57,842 nt of DNA from an uncultured Rhodothermales bacterium (GCA_965365535.1 CBDUCD010000001.1:1-57842), one strand, 5' to 3'. Shown: positions 48,047 to 57,530, numbered from the stretch's first letter. Translations and numbers: made by a program. The notes: generated from the letters alone by a model not told the origin.

Positions 48047-48883
48047 ATGAAACACAAAGGCTGGCTTTTCGCCCTTCCCCTCGCCGCCGCCGGTGGACTG
48101 CTGCTGGGCGGCGCGCTGCGGACGCGCGAGGAAAAAGCCCTCGAACCCCTCTGGAACGCCCTGTCGCAGCCCGGCGACGCTACGCCTTTCGACCCCGTCA
48201 TGCTCGACGGGCTGCCCCCACCCGCGCAGCGCTACCTCAGGCACGCCATCGCGCCCGGCACGCCCCTCGCCCCGGCCGTCCGCCTGACGATGCACGGCGC
48301 GATGCGCCTCCAGCCCGGCGCCGACCCCATCCCCATGCAGGCCGAGCAGATCCTGGCCCCGCCGCGCGGCCTCGTCTGGAAAGCGCGCGTGGGCAGCGGC
48401 GCCACGCGCATACGCGGCTTCGACCGCTACGGCGACGGCGCGGGCGCCATGCGCTGGTGGCTGTGGGGTATCGTGCCCCTCGTGCGGGCCAGCGGCCCCG
48501 ACGTGACGCGCTCGGCGGCGGGGCGGGTGGCGGGCGAGGCCATCCTCATGCCCCCGGCGCTGCTACCGCAGCAGGGTGCCGTCTGGGAAGCAGTGGACGA
48601 CCGCACGGCGCGCGTCCACCTCCAGGTAGATGGCGAGCGCGTCGCGTCCACGCTTACCGTTGATGACGAGGGGCGCCTCGAAAGGGTGCGCGTGGCGCGC
48701 TGGCGCGAGGGCGACAAGGCGCGCCCGGCAGGCTACGCCCCCTTCGACGTGGACGAGTTCGGCGGCTGGCGCACCTTTGGCGGCTACACCATCCCGACGC
48801 GCTTCCGGGCGGGCTGGGGGCTGGACGAAAAGGACGCCTTCGCCTTTTTCTACGCCGACATAGACACGGCGCGCTACTATTGA
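48047..48883 (+). CDS. DUF6544-like protein
   Basis: ORF 47897..48883, starting at ATG 48047 (278 aa). N-terminal TM/signal, ...FDP.ML.GLPPPAQRYLRHAI.PG.PL...VRL.M.G.......W..... resembles DUF6544. Confidence 0.6.
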   Translation: MKHKGWLFALPLAAAGGLLLGGALRTREEKALEPLWNALSQPGDATPFDPVMLDGLPPPAQRYLRHAIAPGTPLAPAVRLTMHGAMRLQPGADPIPMQAEQILAPPRGLVWKARVGSGATRIRGFDRYGDGAGAMRWWLWGIVPLVRASGPDVTRSAAGRVAGEAILMPPALLPQQGAVWEAVDDRTARVHLQVDGERVASTLTVDDEGRLERVRVARWREGDKARPAGYAPFDVDEFGGWRTFGGYTIPTRFRAGWGLDEKDAFAFFYADIDTARYY

Positions 48884-48892
48884 GGACGCCGT

Positions 48893-49753
48893 TTACTGCT
48901 GCGGGTCGAGGTGGCGGCGCTTGGCGGCGCGCTGCGCGGCGGGCGGCGCGGCCCAGTCGTTGTCGAGGGCGGCGCCTTCCCACGAGCCGTACTGCGGGTT
49001 GGGCAGCATAATCCAGCGGCGGCCCCAGTACGTCTCGAACGGCGCGGCCAGGCGGGCCCGTTCGGCCACCGACGCCCGCTCGCCCGACAGGAAATCGCCC
49101 AGGTTGTCGCCCACGTACAGGATGACGCGGTAGCGCGCCCGCACGGCAGCGCGGCGCGGCTCCTTGTCGCCGGTCGCCCACGCGGGCGTCTCGCCCCGGG
49201 TGAGCACCAGGTCTTCGCCCGGCGCCGTCGCCCCGATCCCGACCCTTTCCAGGTTGTCAACGGTGGCCTTTTCGCTGGCGGCGTCGCGGTTGGTGACGAA
49301 CACCACCTGCACACCCTCTGCCCGCGCCTGCCGGACGAACGCGGCGGCGCCGGGGATGGCCCGCGCCCGGCGCTCTTCGACCCACGCCCGCCACGTGCTG
49401 TCGGCGTAGGGGGCGCCCGCCAGCACGAGCCGCGCCTGGTACGGGCTGTTGTCGAGCACGGTCTCGTCCACGTCCATCACGATGGCGGGCGGCAGCGTTC
49501 CGTAGCCGCCCTTTTGCTGCTGGAAGGGGTCGGCTGTCCACGCGGTATCGGCGAGGGCGTCGGCGATCCGGGCAGCGGCGAGGGTATAAAGGGTGCGCGT
49601 CGTGGCGGCGAACTCGGCGGCAGTCTGCGTCCACACGACGGCGTTGAGGTTGTCGTGGGCAGGCGGCGCGCCGGGCGTCGGCGCTACCAGGGGCGCCGCC
49701 GAGCGGCACGCGGCAAGGGGCAGGAGCAGGCAGGCCGTCAGCAGTCGGTTCAT
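48893..49753 (-). CDS. 5'-nucleotidase / class C acid phosphatase, lipoprotein e(P4) family (HAD superfamily)
   Basis: ORF 48893..50122, starting at ATG 49753 (286 aa). Lipobox LLPLAAC. DDDD-family motifs VMDVDETVLDNSPYQ and YVGDNLGDF. Confidence 0.85.
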   Translation of the reverse strand: MNRLLTACLLLPLAACRSAAPLVAPTPGAPPAHDNLNAVVWTQTAAEFAATTRTLYTLAAARIADALADTAWTADPFQQQKGGYGTLPPAIVMDVDETVLDNSPYQARLVLAGAPYADSTWRAWVEERRARAIPGAAAFVRQARAEGVQVVFVTNRDAASEKATVDNLERVGIGATAPGEDLVLTRGETPAWATGDKEPRRAAVRARYRVILYVGDNLGDFLSGERASVAERARLAAPFETYWGRRWIMLPNPQYGSWEGAALDNDWAAPPAAQRAAKRRHLDPQQ

Positions 49754-50253
49754 GGGTGCGGGCTGTTGGGGTGGGCAAGGGCGCGCCCCGCAGCCGCCAT
49801 CTCGTCGGGGTCGTGGACGGCGCGCAGGCGTCCGCCGCCCGCGCGCATCCCGCGCATCTCGACAAGGGCGATGGTGCCTTTGCGGACGCGGGCGTGGGCG
49901 CGCGTGAACGCGTAGAGGGCGCGCTCGATGTCGGGCTGGTGGCCCACGAGCAGCACCCCATCGGCGCCGGCATCGCGGGCGGCGGCGAGGTAGTCCTGGG
50001 GCGAGGCGCCCAGCGCCAGCCGCGCCTCCACGACGGGCGCGAGGCCAAAGGCGGCGGCGACGATGCCGGCGGTCTGCCGCGCCCGCACGAGGGGACTCGT
50101 CAGCACCTTTTCGACGGGCCACGCGAGCCCGCGCAGCGCCCGCGCCTGCATCTCCAGCTTTTCGACGCCCCGCGCCGTCAGCGCCCGGTCGGCATCGGAC
50201 TGGACAGGCCCCGCCTCTTCGGCCATGCCGTGACGCATGAGGTAAACGAGCAT
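49750..50253 (-). CDS. sixA: phosphohistidine phosphatase SixA
   Basis: ORF 49750..50319, starting at ATG 50253 (MLVYLMRHGMAEE....D..R.LT..G = RHG motif). ...SPL.RA.QTA.......VGH.P... The stop overlaps the ATG of the e(P4) gene (ATGA). Confidence 0.8.
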   Translation of the reverse strand: MLVYLMRHGMAEEAGPVQSDADRALTARGVEKLEMQARALRGLAWPVEKVLTSPLVRARQTAGIVAAAFGLAPVVEARLALGASPQDYLAAARDAGADGVLLVGHQPDIERALYAFTRAHARVRKGTIALVEMRGMRAGGGRLRAVHDPDEMAAAGRALAHPNSPHP

Positions 50254-50403
50254 GGGGGTGGCCGTTGGCGGTTGGTCATTGGAGGGGTGCCGTTGCCCGG
50301 CAAACTCCTCAGCCCGCATTTACGCGAATCTAACAAAGCGCGTGAGGGGGGTTTTGTTACTTGAAAAACGCATCCGTCCCTATATATCAGAACACCGTTT
50401 CAC

Positions 50404-51342
50404 ATGAACAAGATCACCGTCATCGGAGCAGGCAACGTGGGCGCCACCGTGGCCGACTGCGTCGCGCGCAAGGACATGGTGGGCGAGGTCGTCCTCATCG
50501 ACATCGTGGAAGGGCTGCCGCAGGGCAAGGCCCTCGACATGTACGAGGCCGCCCCCATCCACGGCTACGACACCCGCATCACGGGCACCAACAGCTACGC
50601 CGACACGGCAGGCTCCGACATCTGCGTCATCACGGCGGGGCTGGCGCGCAAGCCCGGCATGAGCCGCGACGACCTGCTCTCGAAAAACGCGCAGATCGTC
50701 AAAAGCGTGACCGAGCAGTTCGTGGCCCACAGCCCCGACGCCATCCTGATCGTCGTTTCCAACCCGCTCGACGTGATGACGTACGTGGCCTACACCACGA
50801 GCGGCTTTCCTGCCGACCGCGTGATGGGCATGGCCGGCGTGCTCGACACGGCCCGCTACCGCGCCTTTATCGCGATGGAACTGGGCTGCTCCGTGCGCGA
50901 CATCAACGCCCTGCTGATGGGCGGGCACGGCGACACGATGGTGCCCCTCCCGCGCTACACCAGTGTTGGCGGCATCCCGCTGCCCCAGCTCATGGCCGAG
51001 GACAAGATGACGGCCATTGCCGAGCGCGCCAAAGTGGGCGGCGGCGAAATCGTCAAGCTCATGGGCACGTCGGCGTGGTACGCGCCGGGCGCCGCCGCCG
51101 CCGAGATGTGCGAGGCCATCGTCAAGGACAGCGGGCGCGTGCTGCCGTGCGCCGTCTGGCTCGACGGCAAGTACGGCATGGAAGGGCTGTATGTGGGCGC
51201 CCCCGCCCGCCTGGGCCGCCGGGGCGTCGAGGAGATCATCGAGGTCGAACTCGACGAAAGCGAGCGCGCCCTGCTCGAGCGCTCCGCCGCCGACGTGCGC
51301 AGCAACGTCGAAGCCCTCGAGCGCCTCCAGGCCCAGGCCTGA
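50404..51342 (+). CDS. mdh: malate dehydrogenase (LDH-like MDH)
   Basis: 312 aa. MNKITVIGAGNVGAT.A......D....VVL.DI.EG.PQGKALD.......... ...ITAG..RKPGMSRDDL...N..I... NPLD.M. Confidence 0.95.
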   Translation: MNKITVIGAGNVGATVADCVARKDMVGEVVLIDIVEGLPQGKALDMYEAAPIHGYDTRITGTNSYADTAGSDICVITAGLARKPGMSRDDLLSKNAQIVKSVTEQFVAHSPDAILIVVSNPLDVMTYVAYTTSGFPADRVMGMAGVLDTARYRAFIAMELGCSVRDINALLMGGHGDTMVPLPRYTSVGGIPLPQLMAEDKMTAIAERAKVGGGEIVKLMGTSAWYAPGAAAAEMCEAIVKDSGRVLPCAVWLDGKYGMEGLYVGAPARLGRRGVEEIIEVELDESERALLERSAADVRSNVEALERLQAQA

Positions 51343-51361
51343 CGCCGCCGCGTGCCCCACG

Positions 51362-51393
51362 GGCCCTGTCTCTCGGGACGGGGCCTTTTTTTT
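51362..51393 (+). terminator. Rho-independent terminator of mdh
   Basis: GGCCCTGTC-tctcgg-GACGGGGCC (9-bp stem with one G-U pair) followed by T8. Confidence 0.85.
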
Positions 51394-51455
51394 GCCCGAA
51401 CCCCGCGCCCGCGCCCGCCGTTGGCGCCCGCCCGATGCCCCATCTTTATTTCCCC

Positions 51456-52157
51456 ATGCGCGCCCCTTTTCTGCTGCCCCTCGCCGCCCTGTTGTTTTTC
51501 ACCGCCTGCGACTCGGGCGGCGACGACCCCCTTCCCGACGAACCCATCACGTTTGTGGACGCCGTCGTGGGGGCGGGCGCCGAGGCCAGGCCCTACACCG
51601 CCGCCACGGTGACCTACAAAGGGTTTCTCGCAAAAGACAGCACCCTGTTCGACCAGGGGTCGTTCACGTTTGCCGTTGACAACGGCGAGGTCGTGCCCGG
51701 CTTCAACGACGGCGTGAAAGGCATGAAGGTGGGCGGGCGCCGCCACATCACGGTTCCGCCCTCGCAGGGCTACGGGCGCAAAGGCTATGGCAGCATCATC
51801 CCCGGCATGGCGACGCTTCTGTTCGAGGTGACACTGACCGACCTCGCCGCCGTCACCATCGAGGAAATCACGGCGGGCACGGGCGAAGTGGCCGACGCGA
51901 AAGACCGCGCGACGGTCGCGTACACGGGTACCCTCGTCAGCGGGACGGTTTTCGACGAAGGTTCTTTCACCTACACCGTGGACGGCGGGCAGGTCATCGC
52001 GGGCTTCAACGCGGGGGTGCGCGGCATGAAAAAGGGCGGCAAGCGGCGCGTAACGGTGCCGCCCGCGCTGGGCTACGGCGCCCAGAGCAGCGTCAAAATC
52101 CCGGCCAACAGCACGCTCGTTTTCGAGGTGTCGCTGACGGAGCTGAGCAAACGCTGA
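51456..52157 (+). CDS. tandem FKBP-type peptidyl-prolyl cis-trans isomerase lipoprotein
   Basis: Last 233 codons of ORF 50361..52157. ATG 51456 (alternative 51435) gives lipobox ..LLFFTAC. There are two FKBP modules: ..V.YKG.L...S.FD.G.F.F....GEV.PGFNDGV.GMKVGG.R.I.VPP..GYG and ..VAYTG.L.SGTVFD.GSF.Y....GQVIAGFN.GVRGMKKGGKRRVTVPPALGYG. Confidence 0.85.
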   Translation: MRAPFLLPLAALLFFTACDSGGDDPLPDEPITFVDAVVGAGAEARPYTAATVTYKGFLAKDSTLFDQGSFTFAVDNGEVVPGFNDGVKGMKVGGRRHITVPPSQGYGRKGYGSIIPGMATLLFEVTLTDLAAVTIEEITAGTGEVADAKDRATVAYTGTLVSGTVFDEGSFTYTVDGGQVIAGFNAGVRGMKKGGKRRVTVPPALGYGAQSSVKIPANSTLVFEVSLTELSKR

Positions 52158-52165
52158 CGCGGGTT

Positions 52166-52219
52166 GGTCACCTGTCACCTGTCACTTGGCTCCATTTCCA
52201 GTGACCAGTGACAGGCGAC
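52166..52219. repeat. imperfect inverted repeat built from tandem heptamers, between convergent genes (terminator-like)
   Basis: Left arm GGTCACCT-GTCACCT-GTCACTTGG (52166-52189), loop CTCCATTT, right arm CCAGTGA-CCAGTGA-CAGGCGAC (52198-52219). There is no U-tract on either strand. Confidence 0.6.
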
Positions 52220-52234
52220 AAATGACCCTGCCTG

Positions 52235-52984
52235 CTACTCCTCCGCGTCGCGCTCGAAGACGAGCAGGTGCTGCTGGGGCAGCACGTTGAGGTTTTCGCG
52301 GAAGCGCAGGCCGGCGGCCTCCATCTCGCGGCGCGCCTGCGCCTCGGTCATTTTGTGGAGCGGCTTGATGCCCAGCGTCTCGTCCTCGCCCCGGTACTCG
52401 ACCAGCACGAGGCGCCCGCCGGGCCGCAGCGCCTCGCGGATGTGGCGCGTCATCTCGCGGGGAAAGGAAAACTCGTGGTAGGAGTCCACGACGAGGGCCA
52501 CGTCTATGCGGCCCGGCGGCAGGTTCGGGTTCTGCTCGGTGCCCCGCACCATCTCGACGTTGCCCAGCCCCAGCGAGTCGGCGCGGGCGCGCAGCAGGGC
52601 CAGCATTTCGGGCTGGATGTCGACGGCATAGACGCGCCCGAGGGGCACGCGGCGGGCCAGGCGGAAGGTGAAAAAGCCCGTCCCCGCCCCGATGTCGGCC
52701 ACGGTCGAGGTGGAGTCGAGCGCGAGGGCGTCGAGCACGCGGTCGGGCAGCTCGGTGGTGGCGCGGCTGGCGCGGTCGAGCCAGCCGGCGCCCTCGTGGC
52801 CCAGCACGCGGGCAATTTCGCGGCCCATGTACACCTTGCCGATGCCGTCGGGGGCGGGCACGCGGAACAGGTACGACGGGGCCGGCGGAGGCGACGCCTG
52901 CCGGCAGCCGGCGGCCAGCGCCAGCGTGAAGAGGGCGCCGAAAACGGCAGGGCACCGGGAGAGGAATTGCGCGGACGGTGGCAT
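52235..52984 (-). CDS. class I SAM-dependent methyltransferase, probable lipoprotein/secreted
   Basis: ORF 52235..53356, starting at ATG 52984 (249 aa). N-terminus ..FTLALAAGC (lipobox-like). Motif I VADIGAGTGFFT. ..VDSYHEF. Confidence 0.78.
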   Translation of the reverse strand: MPPSAQFLSRCPAVFGALFTLALAAGCRQASPPPAPSYLFRVPAPDGIGKVYMGREIARVLGHEGAGWLDRASRATTELPDRVLDALALDSTSTVADIGAGTGFFTFRLARRVPLGRVYAVDIQPEMLALLRARADSLGLGNVEMVRGTEQNPNLPPGRIDVALVVDSYHEFSFPREMTRHIREALRPGGRLVLVEYRGEDETLGIKPLHKMTEAQARREMEAAGLRFRENLNVLPQQHLLVFERDAEE

Positions 52985-53078
52985 TGCTTGTACGTTGAGG
53001 CCGGCCAAACTTAACCCCTCCGCCCCTTTGCGCGGAGGATTTGGTGGCCGCACCGCCTCCTGTCCCTTCTGCTCCGGT

Positions 53079-55208
53079 ATGCGTCTGTTTTTTGCCGCCC
53101 TCTTGCTGCTCGCGCTGGCCGTGCCCGCGCGCGCCCAGGTGCCCTTCGAGGAAGCAACGGTGGACGTGGGCAACGTGGGCCTCACGCTGACGAACGCGGG
53201 CTTCGTGGGCCGCTCGAACGTGCGCAACAACCCCACGGGGGCGCCTTCTTTCGAATACCCCCTCAACTCGGGCGTCGAGCACCTTTTCGAGGCCGGCCTG
53301 TGGATCGGCGCCATCCGCGCCGACGGCCTCGTCGCCGTCCGCAGCGGCGCCATCACGTCGTCGAGTGGGTACCGGGCGGGCGCCGCGGGCTACGAGTTTG
53401 CGCAGACGGCGCCTTTCACGCAGCGTTCGAGCCTGCCCACGTCGCCCTTTTTCACGCCCAGCGCCGTCTCGCACCAGGACTTTCTGACGGCGTACGTGGA
53501 CACGGCGCAGTACGTGCCGGGCACGCTGACGCCGTTTCCCGACTTCCAGGGCCGGCTGGGCATCGCCGTTGACCAGCGCTCGTACGCCTACAGCTTTCCC
53601 TTTGCCGAGTCGTTCGTCATCGTCGAGTTCAACATCGTCAACACGAGTGGGCAGCCGTGGGACAGCGTGTTCGTCGGGCTATACCACGACCTCGTCGTCC
53701 GCAACGTCAACACGGTCGTGGACGCCGGCAGCGCCTTTTTCAACAAGGGCGGGCTGGGCTACCTCGACACGCTCCAGACGACGTACGCCTTTAACGCGGG
53801 CGGCGCCGAGGAAAGCGTCAACACGTACGGCGCCATCTCCTTTCTGGGCGCGCGCTGGCGCGATCCGCAGACGGGGCAGCGGCGCTTTTTCCATCCCAAC
53901 GTGGCCGCCGCCTACCGCGCCGACGGCCTGCCGGCGCCGCGCGTGAACCCGCGCTGGTGGCTTTTCAGCGGCGCCACCGACCCCGACCTCAACCGCCCGC
54001 AGGACGACCGCGACCGCTACACGCGCATGGGCACGCCCTACCCCGACCCCGCCAGCCCGGGTTACGCCGCCGACAGCGCCGCCTTTTACGCGACGCTCCG
54101 CACCGGCGGCCAGAGCGGGCAGGGCAACTGGATCGGGATGACGGCGGCGGGGCCGTTTGCGCGCGTCGCCGCGGGCGACACGCTCCAGGTGACGTGGGCG
54201 TTCGTGGCCGCGCGCAAGCCCGAGGCGTTCCAGGGGCAGGCCGGCAAAGCCGCCGACACCGACGAAAGCCGCAGCCTGCTCGTGGCCAACGTCGGGTGGG
54301 CGCGCCGCACCTTTGCGGGCGAAGACCTCAACTACAACGGCCAGCTCGACGCCGGCGAAGACGCCAACGGCAACGGACGCCTCGACCGCTACCTCATCCC
54401 CGAGCCGCCACGCTCGCCCAACCTCCACGTCGAGCTGGCCGAGGGCACGGCGACGCTCTACTGGGACGCCTCCGCCGAGGCCTCGCGCGACCCCGTCACG
54501 GGCCAGTTCGACTTCGAGGGCTACCGCGTCTATCGCACCCGGCTGGGCGACGACCGCTCGGGCGACTTTTTCGGGCAGGCCGCCCTTTTCGCCCAGTTCG
54601 ACCGCGTGGGCAACCGGACGGGCTTCAACAACGGCTTCGCGGGCGTGCGGCTGGACGAGCCCGTGACCTTTGCCGGCGACACGACGCGCTACGTGTACAA
54701 GCTCGACGTGGACGGCCTGCTCTCGGGCTGGCAGTACGGCTTTGCCGTGACGGCCTTTGACGAGGGCGACGTGGAAACGGGCCTGCCCTCGTTCGAGTCG
54801 AGCCGGCTGGCGAATGCGGCGCGCGTTTTCCCCGGCACGCCCGCCGCGTCGGATGGGCGCGTGGGCGTCTATCCCAACCCCTACCGCGTAAGTGCCGCGT
54901 GGGACGGCGCCACCAACCAGACGCGCAAGCTCTACTTCTACAACCTGCCCGCGCGCGCCGAAATCCGCATCTACACCCTGGCGGGCGAAGTCGTGGATAG
55001 CTTCGAGCACGAGGGCGGCCCCCCCGCCGACGGCCTCCGCTGGTACGACGACTTCTCGTCCGGGCAGCGCGTCGAGGCCACGGGCGAGGCCGCCTGGGAC
55101 CTGCTCTCGGCCAACCGCCTCAACCTCTCGACGGGCATGTACCTGTTCTCCGTCCGCGACCACGACACGGGCCGCGTGCAGACGGGGCGCTTCGTCATCA
55201 TCCGATAA
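53079..55208 (+). CDS. secreted 709-aa protein of unknown function, paralogue of the 21393..23570 product (FN3-like + atypical C-terminal beta-sandwich ending FVIIR)
   Basis: C-terminal 709 codons of ORF 52668..55208. ATG 53079 gives signal peptide MRLFFAALLLLALAVPARAQ. It also contains a DxDxDG-like Ca-binding-type stretch, EDLNYNGQLDAGEDANGNGRLD. Confidence 0.7.
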   Translation: MRLFFAALLLLALAVPARAQVPFEEATVDVGNVGLTLTNAGFVGRSNVRNNPTGAPSFEYPLNSGVEHLFEAGLWIGAIRADGLVAVRSGAITSSSGYRAGAAGYEFAQTAPFTQRSSLPTSPFFTPSAVSHQDFLTAYVDTAQYVPGTLTPFPDFQGRLGIAVDQRSYAYSFPFAESFVIVEFNIVNTSGQPWDSVFVGLYHDLVVRNVNTVVDAGSAFFNKGGLGYLDTLQTTYAFNAGGAEESVNTYGAISFLGARWRDPQTGQRRFFHPNVAAAYRADGLPAPRVNPRWWLFSGATDPDLNRPQDDRDRYTRMGTPYPDPASPGYAADSAAFYATLRTGGQSGQGNWIGMTAAGPFARVAAGDTLQVTWAFVAARKPEAFQGQAGKAADTDESRSLLVANVGWARRTFAGEDLNYNGQLDAGEDANGNGRLDRYLIPEPPRSPNLHVELAEGTATLYWDASAEASRDPVTGQFDFEGYRVYRTRLGDDRSGDFFGQAALFAQFDRVGNRTGFNNGFAGVRLDEPVTFAGDTTRYVYKLDVDGLLSGWQYGFAVTAFDEGDVETGLPSFESSRLANAARVFPGTPAASDGRVGVYPNPYRVSAAWDGATNQTRKLYFYNLPARAEIRIYTLAGEVVDSFEHEGGPPADGLRWYDDFSSGQRVEATGEAAWDLLSANRLNLSTGMYLFSVRDHDTGRVQTGRFVIIR

Positions 55209-55277
55209 CTTCCGGCGCGGCAACGTCCTCCGGGCCGCGCCCCGCTTTCGCTTTCACCAACCCGACCCCCTTTACCC

Positions 55278-57521
55278 ATGCGCACCTTTGCTACGGCGTG
55301 CCTGCTGCTCGTACTCGCGGCCTTTCCGGCCCGGGCCCAGACCGTCACCGACATCAGCCTGAAAGAGGCCCTCGCGCCCAACCCCGACAGCCTCGCCAAA
55401 GCGCAGGCGCTGGGCAACGCCATTACCACGGCGCAGGCCGAGCGGCTGCTGCGGCCCCAGTACGCGGGCCAGACCATCCGCTTTACCGCCGTCGTCCTGT
55501 CCGACCCGCTCAACTCGGGCCTGGCCACCGCCGGCGCCAACCCGCCGGGGCGCGTCCACTTCTGGGTGCGCGATACGACGGCGGCGGGCGACGCGGCGGG
55601 CATGGCCGGCTACACCAGCCAGGTCGTGGACGGCTCCTACCAGGCCAACGGCCTGCTGAGCCTCGCCCCCGGCTACGTCGTCCGGCTGACGGCGCTGCTC
55701 AACGTGCGCTTTGGCACCGTACAGCTCGAGCCCAGCGTGCCCTACGAAATTATCGCCGACGACTTCACGGCCCTCGGGCTGCCCGAAACCCTCGACGACC
55801 CCATCACCGTCACGCTCGACGAGCTCATGGCCGAAGGCGCGCCCGACCCGGCCTCGGACGTGCCCAACCAGTCGTTTCTCAACCTCGCCAACTACCTCAG
55901 GCTCCAGCAGGAGTTTGTGCGGCTGGAAGGGCTGCGCGTGGCGCGGGCCGAGTTTGGAGGCAACAGCCGCCCCGACTTCATCTTCACCAATGCCGGCAAT
56001 ACGCGCTGGCTGCGCCTGGGCGACACGTCGCTGCGCTACCGCAACGACAAGGTAAACGACCCCGGCTACGCCGCCGCGGGCTTCAACGTGCGCACGGCGC
56101 CCTACGTGGCCCCCGCCGTGGGCGCCACGGTCAACGTGCAGGGCTACCTCGTCTATGGCACGTTCGAGACCGAAGGCGCCGCCGGGCGCTTCAACCCCAA
56201 CGTCAAGTTCGACATCAACCCGATGGCCGACGCCGACCTCGTCGTGACGCAGACGCCGCCCCAGGTGTTCGACCTGGCCGGGGTGACGACCCTCGTGGAC
56301 GGCCAGAGCGACCTGCCGCTGACGGCGACGGCCCGGGCTGACGCCGCGCGCACCCTCGCCTCGGCCACGCTGCGCTACACCATCGGTGAGGGCACCGAGC
56401 AGAGCGTCGCCGCGACGCTGGGCACGCCCGGCACCACGGGCACCCCCCTCTCGGCTTCGATTCCGGCCGCCGCCCTCACCGATGGCGCTTTCGTGCAGTA
56501 CCGCTTTGTGGCGACGGACAGCGAAGGCGCCCAGGGCTCGTCGGAGACGAAGCTCACGCGCGTGTACTCGGGCATCATCAACCGCATCGCCCTTGTTCAG
56601 GAGACGTTTACGGGCGGCCCTGCCGACAGCCCGCTCACCGGCGTCACCCTCGACGCGGCCAAGCTCGACCTGACGGTCGTCATCGCCAGCCAGCCCGACA
56701 CGTCGGGCGTCGTCATCGTGCAGGACGACGAAGCCCTCGGCGCGTGGAGCGGCATCCAGGTGCAGGTGCCCAGCGCCGCCCGCGACACGCTCTTGCGCGG
56801 CGACCGGATGCACATCACGGGCGCCAAAGTCGAGGAAAGCTTTGGCCTGACGCGCCTCAACAACGTGACGTGGACGCGCACGGCGCGCGGCCAGTTCTAC
56901 GGCTACAAGGTCGTCCCGCCCAGCATCCTGCTCGACGCCGCCACGGCCGAGGCGCACGAAAGCATGATGCTGCGCTTCGAGAACGTGTTCGTCGTGAGCA
57001 CGAACGCCGACGGCCCCAACAGCAACTTTGGCGAGATGACGGTAAACGAAACGCAGACCGCCGCCGTGGGCATCCGCGTGGACGACGCCTCGCCCGCCGT
57101 GCCCGACCGCTACAACGACAGCCTCGCCGTGGGCGACAAGTTCGACTTCGTGCAGGGCTACTTCACCTTCTCGTTCAGCAACTTCAAGCTCGAACCCGAG
57201 GTGCCCAGCGACCTCATGAAGGCCGAAGGCACCGCTGCCGAAGGCGTGGTGCTGCCCGGCGGCTTTGCCCTCGGCGGCGTCGCGCCCAGCCCCGTCCGCA
57301 CGACGGCGCAGCTTGCCTTCCAGCTCGACGCGCCCGGCCACGTGACGCTGGCCGTGTACGACGTGACGGGCCGCCGCGTGGCCCTGCTCGTGGACGGCGT
57401 GCTGCCCCAGGGCCCGCACCAGGCCACGTTCGACGCGTCGGGGCTGGCCTCGGGGGTGTACGTGTACCGCCTCGCCCAGAGCGGCCAGGCGCGCACGGGC
57501 ACGCTCGTCGTAGCCCGCTGA
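55278..57521 (+). CDS. secreted 747-aa protein of unknown function with canonical T9SS C-terminal sorting domain
   Basis: Signal peptide MRTFATACLLLVLAAFPARAQ. CTD ...APSPVRTTAQLAFQL...LAVYDVTGRRVA...LASGVYVYRLAQSG...LVVAR. The body was not assigned to a family by eye. Confidence 0.7.
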   Translation: MRTFATACLLLVLAAFPARAQTVTDISLKEALAPNPDSLAKAQALGNAITTAQAERLLRPQYAGQTIRFTAVVLSDPLNSGLATAGANPPGRVHFWVRDTTAAGDAAGMAGYTSQVVDGSYQANGLLSLAPGYVVRLTALLNVRFGTVQLEPSVPYEIIADDFTALGLPETLDDPITVTLDELMAEGAPDPASDVPNQSFLNLANYLRLQQEFVRLEGLRVARAEFGGNSRPDFIFTNAGNTRWLRLGDTSLRYRNDKVNDPGYAAAGFNVRTAPYVAPAVGATVNVQGYLVYGTFETEGAAGRFNPNVKFDINPMADADLVVTQTPPQVFDLAGVTTLVDGQSDLPLTATARADAARTLASATLRYTIGEGTEQSVAATLGTPGTTGTPLSASIPAAALTDGAFVQYRFVATDSEGAQGSSETKLTRVYSGIINRIALVQETFTGGPADSPLTGVTLDAAKLDLTVVIASQPDTSGVVIVQDDEALGAWSGIQVQVPSAARDTLLRGDRMHITGAKVEESFGLTRLNNVTWTRTARGQFYGYKVVPPSILLDAATAEAHESMMLRFENVFVVSTNADGPNSNFGEMTVNETQTAAVGIRVDDASPAVPDRYNDSLAVGDKFDFVQGYFTFSFSNFKLEPEVPSDLMKAEGTAAEGVVLPGGFALGGVAPSPVRTTAQLAFQLDAPGHVTLAVYDVTGRRVALLVDGVLPQGPHQATFDASGLASGVYVYRLAQSGQARTGTLVVAR

Positions 57522-57530
57522 GTACGTCCA

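Noticed and set aside
46809-48883. tRNA-Asp followed by two poorly characterised genes (DUF6090-like, DUF6544-like), considered as a possible integrated island.
   Set aside because: There is no integrase, excisionase or other mobile gene. I could not find a direct repeat of the tRNA 3' end downstream by eye. Base composition looks like the rest of the window. A computational attL/attR repeat search would be needed to exclude it fully.
50254-50403. AT-rich stretch upstream of mdh (..GTTTTGTTACTTGAAAAACGCATCCGTCCCTATATATCAG..) as a defined Bacteroidota-type promoter (TTTG / TAnnTTTG).
   Set aside because: It is probably the mdh promoter region. However, the -7 element matches the consensus poorly (TATATATC) and the spacing is off by several nt, so I did not annotate exact promoter boxes.
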